This document shows, one piece after another, positions 19,726-28,391 of a DNA stretch of 64,000 nucleotides. A program made the position numbers and the translations under genes. A model generated the notes under the pieces. That model saw only the letters and a program-made list of their open reading frames with translations, ran no database searches and was not told the DNA's origin. Each line of letters begins with the position of its first letter. Position 1 is the stretch's first letter. Where the stretch lies: the IMG/VR virus record IMGVR_UViG_2894708747_000001; one strand, 5' to 3'. The stretch comes from a virus (taxonomy: Duplodnaviria; Caudoviricetes).

Positions 19726-21474
19726 ATGGACAATTTACAAAGTAGAATTATTCTTTTGGCCCGTAATAGGATGATGGGGCGGGCGATTTTAGAGAAACTG
19801 CGAGAATTTGATTTATCTTCCACCATTAGACTTAGAATAAATAATGACTTACAGGGTAAAATTGGGATAAATCCTCATAGTAGAATGGTGGGTGTGGCTG
19901 AAGTTATTCAGCCGCCTACTACAAAAGAAATTTTTGCCCCTGTAGCTGATGCTTTTATTCGTGATGGTGTTCCGAAGCTAAACTATGGTGTTGAAGAAGA
20001 TATATTTATAGGTCGAAGTGGTGGGGGGGAAGTTTTTCGTTCTTTTATCAGATTTGATATAAGCACTTTACCTCCAGGCCAGATAATTAAGAGAGCAGAA
20101 CTGGTTTTATATCCTGCTTCTACTAATTATACTAATGAATTAGGTCTTTATGAAATTGGTAGTTCATGGAATGAATACTCAGTAACGTGGGATAATCAGC
20201 CTAGTAACTTGGATTTAGTTGGTGTTTTTAATAGTGGAATTAATGAAACTATTACGGTTGATGTTACTGATATAGTCACATCCTGGTATAAACAAACTAA
20301 AGTAAATAATGGTTTGCTTATTAAAGCCTTAGATGAAACTAATGCTGTTATTGCTCGTTATTATGCAAGGGAAAGTTATCTTCCGCCTCAGTTAGTTGTT
20401 TATTATTACAATCCAAGTATACAGATGAGCGTGGGGCGGGGTAATTTAGCTGGTACTATTATTGTTAAAAAGGAAGAAAGTAATGATTTAATAAGCGAAA
20501 TACAGGTTAAGAGTTATTGGGGTAAAAGTGAACTACCTGCTAAGTTAAATGTGTCTGATCCAACTTCTTTGGATTGCACTATTAGAGTTAATAAACCTAA
20601 TCTTATATCGTCAATTAATGTAATTTATACTACTAAAGATAACCTGGAATCAACTGTCAAAGTTGCTTTAAAATCTGCTGTAGATTGTCTCGCTTTTATA
20701 GCTGTTTCGAGAGATTTTATATCGGGTAATATTAATGTGCCTCACCACAATGACTTAATGGCGGCAATTACAGTTCGGAGTGGTGCAGTGAGTGATTTAT
20801 TAGGCTGGGCGGGGATAAGTAGATCTGTTCTAAATGGTATTATTGAAGTACCGAATAGAAATGATCTTCACAGTACAGTAGTGGTATACAATCTAACGGG
20901 GTATAATACGCCTAGTCAAATTTGGGTTCCTTTAAGATATAACATTCCTGCTCGATTAGAAGTTATAGGGGCCAGTAAATTACTAAGTAGTATAATTGTT
21001 GTTTCAGGATTTATAGCTTCTACTATTACTGTTATTAGAAAAGAAAGTAGTGATCTAGCTGGCCAGGTTACTGTTAGGTATGCCTCATATGAAGAGACTG
21101 TTTCAAGTTTGAGTGTACGACATAGTAGTTATGATGATGTTTCTTCTAGTTTGGTAGTATATATTGTTGGTGAAAAAGATTTATTAGGAGTATTATCTGT
21201 TAGAGGTACTTCTAATCTAGAGAGTTTTATAATTATAAAACAGGAATCTTACAAAGATTTAATAGGTTATGTTCAACCTATTTACCATAATGACGTTGAA
21301 TCTGAAGTTGTTGTCAAGCAATTAGCTTCTACAGATTTGGATAGTATTCTTTTAAGTAGAAGGGCTGATGGTCGTGAGCTTCCTGGGGTTATCTTATCAC
21401 GAGTAAAATTTGCTAATGATTTACAAGCAGAAATTTATGTTTTTCGCTTTGGAGCTTACGCCTTTATAATGTAA
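19726..21474 (+). CDS. DNRLRE/CBM96-like domain protein with a long array of short beta repeats
   Basis: ADAFIR...NYG...RSFIRFDIS...WNE.SVTWDNQP...NNGLLIK...PQLVV, then repeated DL.S.I.V units. Confidence 0.7.
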   Translation: MDNLQSRIILLARNRMMGRAILEKLREFDLSSTIRLRINNDLQGKIGINPHSRMVGVAEVIQPPTTKEIFAPVADAFIRDGVPKLNYGVEEDIFIGRSGGGEVFRSFIRFDISTLPPGQIIKRAELVLYPASTNYTNELGLYEIGSSWNEYSVTWDNQPSNLDLVGVFNSGINETITVDVTDIVTSWYKQTKVNNGLLIKALDETNAVIARYYARESYLPPQLVVYYYNPSIQMSVGRGNLAGTIIVKKEESNDLISEIQVKSYWGKSELPAKLNVSDPTSLDCTIRVNKPNLISSINVIYTTKDNLESTVKVALKSAVDCLAFIAVSRDFISGNINVPHHNDLMAAITVRSGAVSDLLGWAGISRSVLNGIIEVPNRNDLHSTVVVYNLTGYNTPSQIWVPLRYNIPARLEVIGASKLLSSIIVVSGFIASTITVIRKESSDLAGQVTVRYASYEETVSSLSVRHSSYDDVSSSLVVYIVGEKDLLGVLSVRGTSNLESFIIIKQESYKDLIGYVQPIYHNDVESEVVVKQLASTDLDSILLSRRADGRELPGVILSRVKFANDLQAEIYVFRFGAYAFIM

Positions 21475-21498
21475 GGGGTAGTTTAACTACCCCTTACA
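21470..21498. repeat. 29-bp palindrome between convergent genes (terminator or recombination site)
   Basis: TGTAAGGGGTAGTT-T-AACTACCCCTTACA; the stop codons of both genes lie in the arms. Confidence 0.7.
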
Positions 21499-22060
21499 CT
21501 TCTCTGATTTCTAAATTAATGCGGTATTGAATCCCACTTTCATCTAGAGCGGCACTTAATTTCATAAGTTTGTCAATTAGGTTCTTACCTTCATATTCTC
21601 CCCGAAGAATTAAGATAAACTTATCTGATGGTTCTGTTTCACTGGTATCGGGTTGATAGATTTCTAATTGATGAGCTTTTTTATAGGTAGTTTTTCTACG
21701 GGTGCTTCCTACAGGCAGATTAAGTTCACGTACTATATTATAAAATTTTCCTTTAGATATGCCCCATATTTTAATTATTTCTTCAGCACTTTTCTCTTCC
21801 CGCCATTTTTGTAGGACTTCGGCTTGTTTTTCTCGGTTTAGTTGTTGAAATTCATCAAAAGAAAGTATTTCATCATACATAGAGTAAATTCGCACCTCAC
21901 TCGGTTGAGTATATTTTTGGGCTTCTTCACCTTGTAATAATTCAAAAGGCATGTAAATGCGACCAGTTTTTCCTGTACGAGAGGCTCGACCGTGAACACC
22001 TGTAGCGGCTCGTTTTTGTTCACGTTGTTCTTCTTTCAGTAATTTTTCTATTTCATTCAT
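21494..22060 (-). CDS. Hypothetical protein, probable HTH DNA-binding
   Basis: SAEEIIKIWGISKGKFYNIVRELNL helix-turn-helix-like segment. Confidence 0.55.
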   Translation of the reverse strand: MNEIEKLLKEEQREQKRAATGVHGRASRTGKTGRIYMPFELLQGEEAQKYTQPSEVRIYSMYDEILSFDEFQQLNREKQAEVLQKWREEKSAEEIIKIWGISKGKFYNIVRELNLPVGSTRRKTTYKKAHQLEIYQPDTSETEPSDKFILILRGEYEGKNLIDKLMKLSAALDESGIQYRINLEIREV

Positions 22061-22904
22061 TAGACACCTTCTCCCTAGCGTGTGGGTGGAAGCGGAGATA
22101 TTCTAGTCGATTTCGGGTATTACTAACTTTAGTATATAAATTAGTGGTATTGGGGCTGGCGTGACCAGCTAAGTCTTGAATGACTTTTAATTCAGCGCCC
22201 GCTTTGTATAAGTGACTACAAAACGAGTGACGAAATTTGTGGGGGGTGATGTTTTCTTGTTTTATTTTTTGTGCCCACTTTTTTACTATGTCATTGACTT
22301 GACGGGTGGATAGGTGGTTATTTTTACGGCCTGGAAAAAGCCATTTACTATTGTGAGTTTGTATAAGTTCTTTGATAAGCATTAAGATTTTAGGATAGAG
22401 AGGAATAATTCGTTCCTTATTACCTTTACCAATCACTCTAAGACTACCTTCTTGAAGGTCTATATCACTAATTTTAATATTGACGAGTTCTTCTCTTCTT
22501 ATTCCTGTAGCATACAAAATTTCCATGATAGTTCTATCTCTTAGGTTGTCTGGAGCATTAATAAGTTTTTCTATTGTTTGTTCGTCTATAGGATGGGGCA
22601 GTCGTTGTTCTGTTTTTGCTGTTTCTATGAGGGCGGCAGGGTTTTGGTCTATAATACCTTTACGAAGCATTACATTAAAAAAGGTTTTAATCGCGGATAA
22701 TTTTCTATTAGCGGTGGCGACTGAGACTCCTTTCATATGTAGATTCACGAGAAAAGCTGAAATGTCGTCGGGAACAATTTTTTCAGGTGTTTTGTTTATA
22801 AATCGGAAAAACTGTTGAATATCAGAGAGATATGCACTAACTGTGTTATGAGAAAAGTTTTTTTCTATTTCAAGGTAAAGTTGAAATTTCTCTAGGTAGT
22901 TCAA
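22053..22904 (-). CDS. XerC/XerD-like tyrosine recombinase
   Basis: N-terminal S.NT..AY.SD domain; catalytic residues in TGIRREEL, GKGNKER, HKFRHS, GH and TNLY. Confidence 0.93.
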   Translation of the reverse strand: MNYLEKFQLYLEIEKNFSHNTVSAYLSDIQQFFRFINKTPEKIVPDDISAFLVNLHMKGVSVATANRKLSAIKTFFNVMLRKGIIDQNPAALIETAKTEQRLPHPIDEQTIEKLINAPDNLRDRTIMEILYATGIRREELVNIKISDIDLQEGSLRVIGKGNKERIIPLYPKILMLIKELIQTHNSKWLFPGRKNNHLSTRQVNDIVKKWAQKIKQENITPHKFRHSFCSHLYKAGAELKVIQDLAGHASPNTTNLYTKVSNTRNRLEYLRFHPHAREKVSNE

Positions 22905-22924
22905 ATGACATCCCTCCTTCTGTA

Positions 22925-22953
22925 ATTGTAAAGCCTGGTTTAACCTATGTCAA
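22925..22953 (-). promoter_or_regulatory. SigA-type promoter for the recombinase
   Basis: TTGACA-N17-TACAAT on the minus strand, upstream of an AAGGAGG RBS. Confidence 0.7.
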
Positions 22954-22973
22954 TAGAAATTTTGCAGGTGGTA

Positions 22974-23001
22974 CTTAATTTTCAAGAAGAAGGTTCGTAT
23001 A
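22974..23001 (+). promoter_or_regulatory. Putative phage promoter CTTAA-N17-CGTATA (replication operon)
   Basis: Recurring motif, 22 nt before ATG 23024. Confidence 0.7.
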
Positions 23002-23023
23002 AAATTCATAGGGGGTTAGTTTT

Positions 23024-24073
23024 ATGGACTTGTTTGATGTTCGATTTGCGTCTACGGAAAAAGAGTTTATTTATAATTTCGGTGTTAATCGTGGTCATTC
23101 TCTTTCTTATGCTAAGGTAAACAGGTGTTTGTTTTTATCGGATGCCGCGAAACAGTTGTACCATAGTTTATGTGACTATGCTTATGGTGAAAGAAAAGAC
23201 TGCTACCCTAGTCAGGCCCTTTTACGATTGGGGTTGGGGTGGAGTAAACAAACTCTTAGTAATCACTTAAAAGAGTTAGAAAAAATGGGTTTTATTACTA
23301 TAGAAAAAGAAGGGTTTGGAAAACCAGCTAAGTATAACCTGCAAGAACTTCATAAAATACCTGCTTTATATCATTCGGAAATTATTTACTCTATTCGTCC
23401 CACTAGTACAGAGGAACTGGAAAAGTTTTATACGGCGGTGGTGGAGTATAAAAAATCAGATCTTTGTAGAGAAATTATGGATTCGGCTAATCCGCTGGCT
23501 TATATGGAACAAATAAAATTGTGGTTTAAAACTTTTTTGGGGTTAGATAATACAAGTAATTCCTCTGAAGAAGAAAAAGTAGAAGAAGTGAAGGATAAAT
23601 CCTCTAAAAGTAATAAAGTGAAGTTAACAACACCTAAAGTTTTTAAAGTTGATCCATTAATCCAAGAAGAAAATCTTATAATCTCTAAAAAGAAACGGCG
23701 GAGATTGAGCTATAAAGAAATTGATGTGGAAGATTGGAATACTAATCATTTTGTGGCTTATTTTGAGGATCTTTATTGGGAAAAGTATCATGCTCCTTAT
23801 ATAACCACTAAAGCTGATCGGGGGGCGATGAAACGGCTTTTAAATAGTGGTAAAAGTAAAGCGATGCTTAAACAACATATTGAGAATTTCATTTCTCTTG
23901 ATTTCTTTGAGGCTCCGACAATAACTAGTTTCAGTTCCAGTTATGTGCAGGCTGTTTTGGATACTTATTTAAGTACAAGAAGATTGCCTACATTTAAGCG
24001 AAAGAGTAATCATGGCGGGAAGATTAATGAAGAATGGGCGCGGGGTTTGGATGAATTAATGGATAGTGATTAG
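23024..24073 (+). CDS. Replication initiator-like protein (N-terminal winged HTH)
   Basis: LSDAAKQLY..L...CYPSQ..L...LGWSKQTL..HLKELEKMGFI; directly upstream of the loader and helicase. Confidence 0.75.
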   Translation: MDLFDVRFASTEKEFIYNFGVNRGHSLSYAKVNRCLFLSDAAKQLYHSLCDYAYGERKDCYPSQALLRLGLGWSKQTLSNHLKELEKMGFITIEKEGFGKPAKYNLQELHKIPALYHSEIIYSIRPTSTEELEKFYTAVVEYKKSDLCREIMDSANPLAYMEQIKLWFKTFLGLDNTSNSSEEEKVEEVKDKSSKSNKVKLTTPKVFKVDPLIQEENLIISKKKRRRLSYKEIDVEDWNTNHFVAYFEDLYWEKYHAPYITTKADRGAMKRLLNSGKSKAMLKQHIENFISLDFFEAPTITSFSSSYVQAVLDTYLSTRRLPTFKRKSNHGGKINEEWARGLDELMDSD

Positions 24074-24081
24074 GGGGGTTA

Positions 24082-24792
24082 ATGATGCCGCCTTATACAG
24101 AATGTGAGAATTGTGTTGCGACAGGTTTTTGTAAAGCTTATTCGGGGGAAGTGGTTTTAACTAATAAAAAAAACTGGTGTAGTGCCCGTTTTAGGCTTTA
24201 TAAGGCTTTAAAGTTAGCACAAATACCGATTGAGTATTGGCGTGCTAATCTTACCAACTATATTTTAGATAAAGATAACGAGAAGGTTTACCAAAAGATA
24301 AAACCTAAATTGGGTAATATTGTGGAAGAAGTTAAGCGAGGATTTAATTTATTTTTCTATAGCGATAAATTCGGGACGGGAAAGACTTACCATGCGGCCA
24401 TGTTTCTTAACCACTATATTTACAAGGTGTGCTTAACTAGGGAGTTCGATTTTGAAACCCCACCTGCTTTATTTGTAGTTTATCCAGACTTAATGGATAA
24501 ATTGCGGATGTATAAGGATGAGATGCAGGATTACTTGACGTGGGTAAAAGAGGTTCCCTTAGTGCTTTTTGATGATATTGGAGCTGGAACAATGACTGAT
24601 TTTACTCGTGAACAGACTTATTTGATCTTGAATCATCGCTTTAATAATCGACTATCCACCATTATTACTTCTAATCTATCCCTTTCAAAATTGGGTCAAG
24701 ATACTGCCTTGGGTGAACGAAACGTGTCAAGATTAACGGCGCATTTTCAGGGGATTGTGGTCAGCGGGGAGGATAGGAGGAGGAAAAGATGA
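24082..24792 (+). CDS. DnaC/IstB-like helicase loader ATPase
   Basis: N-terminal Cys cluster, GTGKT, LFDDIG, R......TIITSN, R.VSRL, DRR. Confidence 0.85.
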   Translation: MMPPYTECENCVATGFCKAYSGEVVLTNKKNWCSARFRLYKALKLAQIPIEYWRANLTNYILDKDNEKVYQKIKPKLGNIVEEVKRGFNLFFYSDKFGTGKTYHAAMFLNHYIYKVCLTREFDFETPPALFVVYPDLMDKLRMYKDEMQDYLTWVKEVPLVLFDDIGAGTMTDFTREQTYLILNHRFNNRLSTIITSNLSLSKLGQDTALGERNVSRLTAHFQGIVVSGEDRRRKR

Positions 24793-26042
24793 TTGAGGAA
24801 TTACAAGTTATAAATTACTGGTTGCAATCTAAAGAACCAGGCTATTTGTATAAACAGGGTTTAGATCATTCCTACTTTTTTGCTACCAGTGATATAGTAG
24901 CTTGGATTGAGCAATTTATAACTCGTACAGGTGTCCTCCCCTCTTTGGAAACCGTAGCGGCGGAGTTTGAGGAATTTAAGATTCTAAGTGACTTAGATCC
25001 TATAGACTATCTTGTAAATGTATTGAAGGAGCAGAAGGCTTATACCGAATATCGTCCTTTATTGACGAAAAATGCCCAATTGGTTAGTGAAGGCCGTACT
25101 ATTGATGCCATGTGGCAGATGGTGGCTGAGGTTAATTCCTTATTAAAAAAATATACGGGTAAAATAACTCGGTACGATTGGGTTAGGGATGCTTTAGAAC
25201 GTTATGACAAGTATATGGAGAAGCACGGCCAGCAAGGACTAAATGGTTTAACGACAGGAATTAAACAATTAGATGAATATACAGGGGGTTGGCGGAGTGA
25301 TGATTTAATTCTTTTAGTGGGAAGAACAAATGAGGGTAAGTCTTTTGTAGGAACTTATTTTGCTTATGTGGTTTGGAGAAGTTTACTGTCTACTGATATA
25401 ACTAATCCTGTAATTTACATTACGACAGAAATGCCTGAATTAGAAATAGCTTATCGGTTAGATACTTTACGAGCTCATTTTTCTAATCGGGGGTTGAATG
25501 AGGGAAAGCTACCTGATCCCCAACTCTATAAGGAATATCTGGAGGAACTTAGGAAAAACAAGAATGGGTTTTTGATTTTAAGTGAAGAAGCTAATGGGGG
25601 AAAACCATTTACCCCTGCTGATATAAGAGTCATTATTGAAGCGGAGAAGCCAGCTTTTATGGTGATTGATCAATTGTATGACTTAAGTGATGGTATAGGA
25701 GAGCGGGATATTCGGAAACGCATTGTTAATGTAACTAATCAGATTAGGGATGTAAACCTTTATACCCAAACACCGATGATGCTCATTGCCCAGGCGGGGC
25801 GTGCATCGGCTATTGAAGGTAAAAAAGATCCTAATGCTACACCTGAATTATTTCAGGTGCAGGAAAGTGATAATCCTGCTCAGAAGGCTACTAGAGTATT
25901 AACCCTTAGAATGATAAATGACGTATTTAAAATCTCTTTAAAGAAGAATAGGGGAGGGATACGGAATGTAGACGTTTATATGCGAGTCGACCTGGATACA
26001 GGTATATGGGAAGAGATTGATCCTGAAGAGACAGTTTTTTAG
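24789..26042 (+). CDS. dnaB: DnaB-like replicative helicase
   Basis: TTGI..LD..TGG, GRTNEGKS, TEM, VIDQL, AQ.GR, KNR.G. Confidence 0.88.
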   Translation: MIEELQVINYWLQSKEPGYLYKQGLDHSYFFATSDIVAWIEQFITRTGVLPSLETVAAEFEEFKILSDLDPIDYLVNVLKEQKAYTEYRPLLTKNAQLVSEGRTIDAMWQMVAEVNSLLKKYTGKITRYDWVRDALERYDKYMEKHGQQGLNGLTTGIKQLDEYTGGWRSDDLILLVGRTNEGKSFVGTYFAYVVWRSLLSTDITNPVIYITTEMPELEIAYRLDTLRAHFSNRGLNEGKLPDPQLYKEYLEELRKNKNGFLILSEEANGGKPFTPADIRVIIEAEKPAFMVIDQLYDLSDGIGERDIRKRIVNVTNQIRDVNLYTQTPMMLIAQAGRASAIEGKKDPNATPELFQVQESDNPAQKATRVLTLRMINDVFKISLKKNRGGIRNVDVYMRVDLDTGIWEEIDPEETVF

Positions 26043-26055
26043 GAGGAATACATAT

Positions 26056-26307
26056 ATGGGTGTAAATTTTGATGGGGGATTGTCGAGGGTATTTGAGTGG
26101 ATAGATCATAATCCATGTTGTGTAAATGAAGAAACAGGTGAAAAAATCCCTCTTAATGCAGAAGAAACAGTACGGGCCTACCAGGAAGAATTTCGCAAAA
26201 TCATCGGTAAAGATACGAGTTTATCTTTTCGTGACTTAAATGGTAAGGCTGTAGTGGTTGATTTTAAAAAACTTGCGGCTTTAACCCTAGCAGGGGAGGC
26301 TGTATAG
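26056..26307 (+). CDS. Hypothetical protein
   Basis: AGGAGG RBS favours ATG 26056. Confidence 0.6.
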   Translation: MGVNFDGGLSRVFEWIDHNPCCVNEETGEKIPLNAEETVRAYQEEFRKIIGKDTSLSFRDLNGKAVVVDFKKLAALTLAGEAV

Positions 26308-26502
26308 GTGTATAGGCTTGTTTATGCCTTTGATGTGGGAGATGTACGTGAATTAGTGTTTGAGGCTGAAGATTTAGTTTCGGCGTTAACGGCTTCGATT
26401 GATTACTTTATTAAGATGTATGGTGAGGGCTCCATGTCTCAATTAATATTATTTAGTGTCTTTAATGAGTTATTGGTAGGGGAGAGGGAAGTTGAACATT
26501 AA
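26308..26502 (+). CDS. Hypothetical protein
   Basis: 64 aa, GGAGG RBS. Confidence 0.5.
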   Translation: MYRLVYAFDVGDVRELVFEAEDLVSALTASIDYFIKMYGEGSMSQLILFSVFNELLVGEREVEH

Positions 26503-26734
26503 TTGCCAGCGATGCGATTATCGGCCTGGGTGTCATAAAAAGATTATCATTAGTGCTGATCGTCAGTATCTAGCTAAAGAGCAAGACCAGTTTAACATGA
26601 AGTGTATTAATATTGTCCAGGATGTATGCCGTGATTGTTTGCGGTTTCAGGCTCATCAATGTGCCGCCTGGAAAGTGTTGAATGGAGTAGATCAGGAAAT
26701 AAAATTAATTAAATGTCCTAAAAAAGTAATTTAG
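26492..26734 (+). CDS. Small Cys-rich protein
   Basis: CQRC...C and CRDC...C motifs. Confidence 0.55.
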   Translation: MNINCQRCDYRPGCHKKIIISADRQYLAKEQDQFNMKCINIVQDVCRDCLRFQAHQCAAWKVLNGVDQEIKLIKCPKKVI

Positions 26735-26744
26735 GGGGATCAAA

Positions 26745-27743
26745 ATGGATATATTAAAGAACATTAAAGTTCCAACAGGGAATATACTAATCGTCCAAGG
26801 AGAGAAAGGACAATTAGAGTGTTTATCTTTAGGTGATTATGGCAAAGATGTGAATTTGAAGGCTGATTTTTTGGGGCTTACACGGGAAATTGAAAAAGTG
26901 AAGCATCAAAAGTTGTTACCTTTAACTGAGAAGTGGGTAATCACTATTAGTACACAATATGGGTGTTCGATGAATTGTCTCTTCTGTGATGTGCCCAAAG
27001 TAGGTAAGGGGATAAATGCTACTTATGAAGATTTAAAAGGACAAATTATAGCTGGTTTATCTTTACATCCTGAAGTTACTTGTACTAAAAGGCTAAATGT
27101 TCATTATGCTAGAATGGGAGAACCGACTTGGAACAAGAATGTGTTAACTTTTACTAGAAATATGCGTAAAGAACTGTGTCCGTATATTGGAAGAAGTTTA
27201 ATTCATCCTGTTGTGTCTACTATGTTGCCCAAAAACAATAAAAACCTCATGGAATTTCTTGCGAACTGGATGGAAATTAAAAACTATGATTTTCGTGGAA
27301 ACGCAGGGTTACAATTTTCTATTAATTCTACTTCAGATCAAGAACGGGCATATATGTTTAATAATAATTCTTTAACCTTAGATGCTATTTCTGAGATAGG
27401 CAAAGACCTAGATTTTCCCAGGGGAAGAAAAATAACCTTGAATTTTGCTGTAGCTGAATATGAAATAAATGCAGAGAAGTTAAGAGATCTATTTAGTCCT
27501 AAAAAGTTCTTAGTTAAATTAACTCCAATGCACAAAACTAAAAACGCTTTAGAACGTGGTATCAAAACAAAAGGTGATTATACTACTTACTATCCATATC
27601 AGAAGATAGAAGAAGAACTTAAAAAAGTTGGTTTTGATGTTTTAGTATTTATAGCCAGTGAGTATGAAGATCTAGGACGGATAACCTGTGGTAATGCCAT
27701 ATTAAGTGGGACATTACCTGATTGTCCTTATGAAATAATATAA
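26745..27743 (+). CDS. RlmN/Cfr-like radical SAM protein
   Basis: STQYGCSMNCLFC (CX3CX2C), MGEP, C-terminal ITCGN corresponding to AACGQ. Confidence 0.8.
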   Translation: MDILKNIKVPTGNILIVQGEKGQLECLSLGDYGKDVNLKADFLGLTREIEKVKHQKLLPLTEKWVITISTQYGCSMNCLFCDVPKVGKGINATYEDLKGQIIAGLSLHPEVTCTKRLNVHYARMGEPTWNKNVLTFTRNMRKELCPYIGRSLIHPVVSTMLPKNNKNLMEFLANWMEIKNYDFRGNAGLQFSINSTSDQERAYMFNNNSLTLDAISEIGKDLDFPRGRKITLNFAVAEYEINAEKLRDLFSPKKFLVKLTPMHKTKNALERGIKTKGDYTTYYPYQKIEEELKKVGFDVLVFIASEYEDLGRITCGNAILSGTLPDCPYEII

Positions 27744-27763
27744 AATTAGGGGGAGAAGTTGGA

Positions 27764-28027
27764 TTGAAGGTTTATCAATATAAAGCAACTGCCGCTACTA
27801 ATTTTTCTCTTTTTAGTGATCCTAATGATATTATTGATGAGATGATGTTGGAAAATGAGTATGGTTTGGAAGTCAATGAAACTCTTATAGATATTCCTAA
27901 AGCTATCGAGGAAATAAAATCTCTAGAGGTAGGAGGCGTGTGGAGGCACCAGCTTTGTATAGTAAAATGTATAGAAATGGCTGAAGAGGATTATTATAAG
28001 TCGCCACAAAGAGGTGGTTTGAAGTGA
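27764..28027 (+). CDS. Hypothetical protein
   Basis: 87 aa, GGGGGAG RBS. Confidence 0.5.
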   Translation: MKVYQYKATAATNFSLFSDPNDIIDEMMLENEYGLEVNETLIDIPKAIEEIKSLEVGGVWRHQLCIVKCIEMAEEDYYKSPQRGGLK

Positions 28028-28242
28028 GTTTAGATCGTTTTGCTTATGGCCCACCTGATCCTCAAAATGAGAAACCTATTGGATATTGTGATGCTTGTGG
28101 TGGCGAAATTTATAGGGGTGAGCAGGTATATGTGTCGCAAATGGGGGTATGTCATAGCACTATAAGTTGTTTGTCCGTCTTGCTTGATGTTTATTTAATG
28201 GATGCAGAGGATTGTTTTATGGAGGGAGTCTCATTATGGTGA
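28024..28242 (+). CDS. Small zinc-finger protein
   Basis: DPQ..PIGYCDACGGEIY.GE...CH...C. Confidence 0.6.
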   Translation: MSLDRFAYGPPDPQNEKPIGYCDACGGEIYRGEQVYVSQMGVCHSTISCLSVLLDVYLMDAEDCFMEGVSLW

Positions 28243-28391
28243 ATATAAAGCTGTTTCGTGATGGAGATATGTGGTGTGCTTTATTGGGGGAAGATTTGAT
28301 GGAGGGGGTAGTTGGTTTTGGAAAAACTGCTTTGAAAGCACTAAAGGCTTTAGTGCAGGCAATAGAACTAACAGGGGTGGAGATAGAGTAA
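28236..28391 (+). CDS. Small hypothetical protein not in the ORF track (51 aa)
   Basis: GGAGG RBS; MVNIKLFRDGDMWCALLGEDLMEGVVGFGKTALKAL...; its TAA overlaps the thyX ATG. Confidence 0.65.
   Translation: MVNIKLFRDGDMWCALLGEDLMEGVVGFGKTALKALKALVQAIELTGVEIE

Noticed and set aside
23540-23720. Iteron origin inside the initiator gene
   Set aside because: A-rich low-complexity linker, but no convincing direct repeats.
28271-28390. 40-aa N-terminal extension of ThyX in the ORF track
   Set aside because: Overlaps a better-supported 51-aa ORF in another frame whose stop is coupled to ATG 28391.
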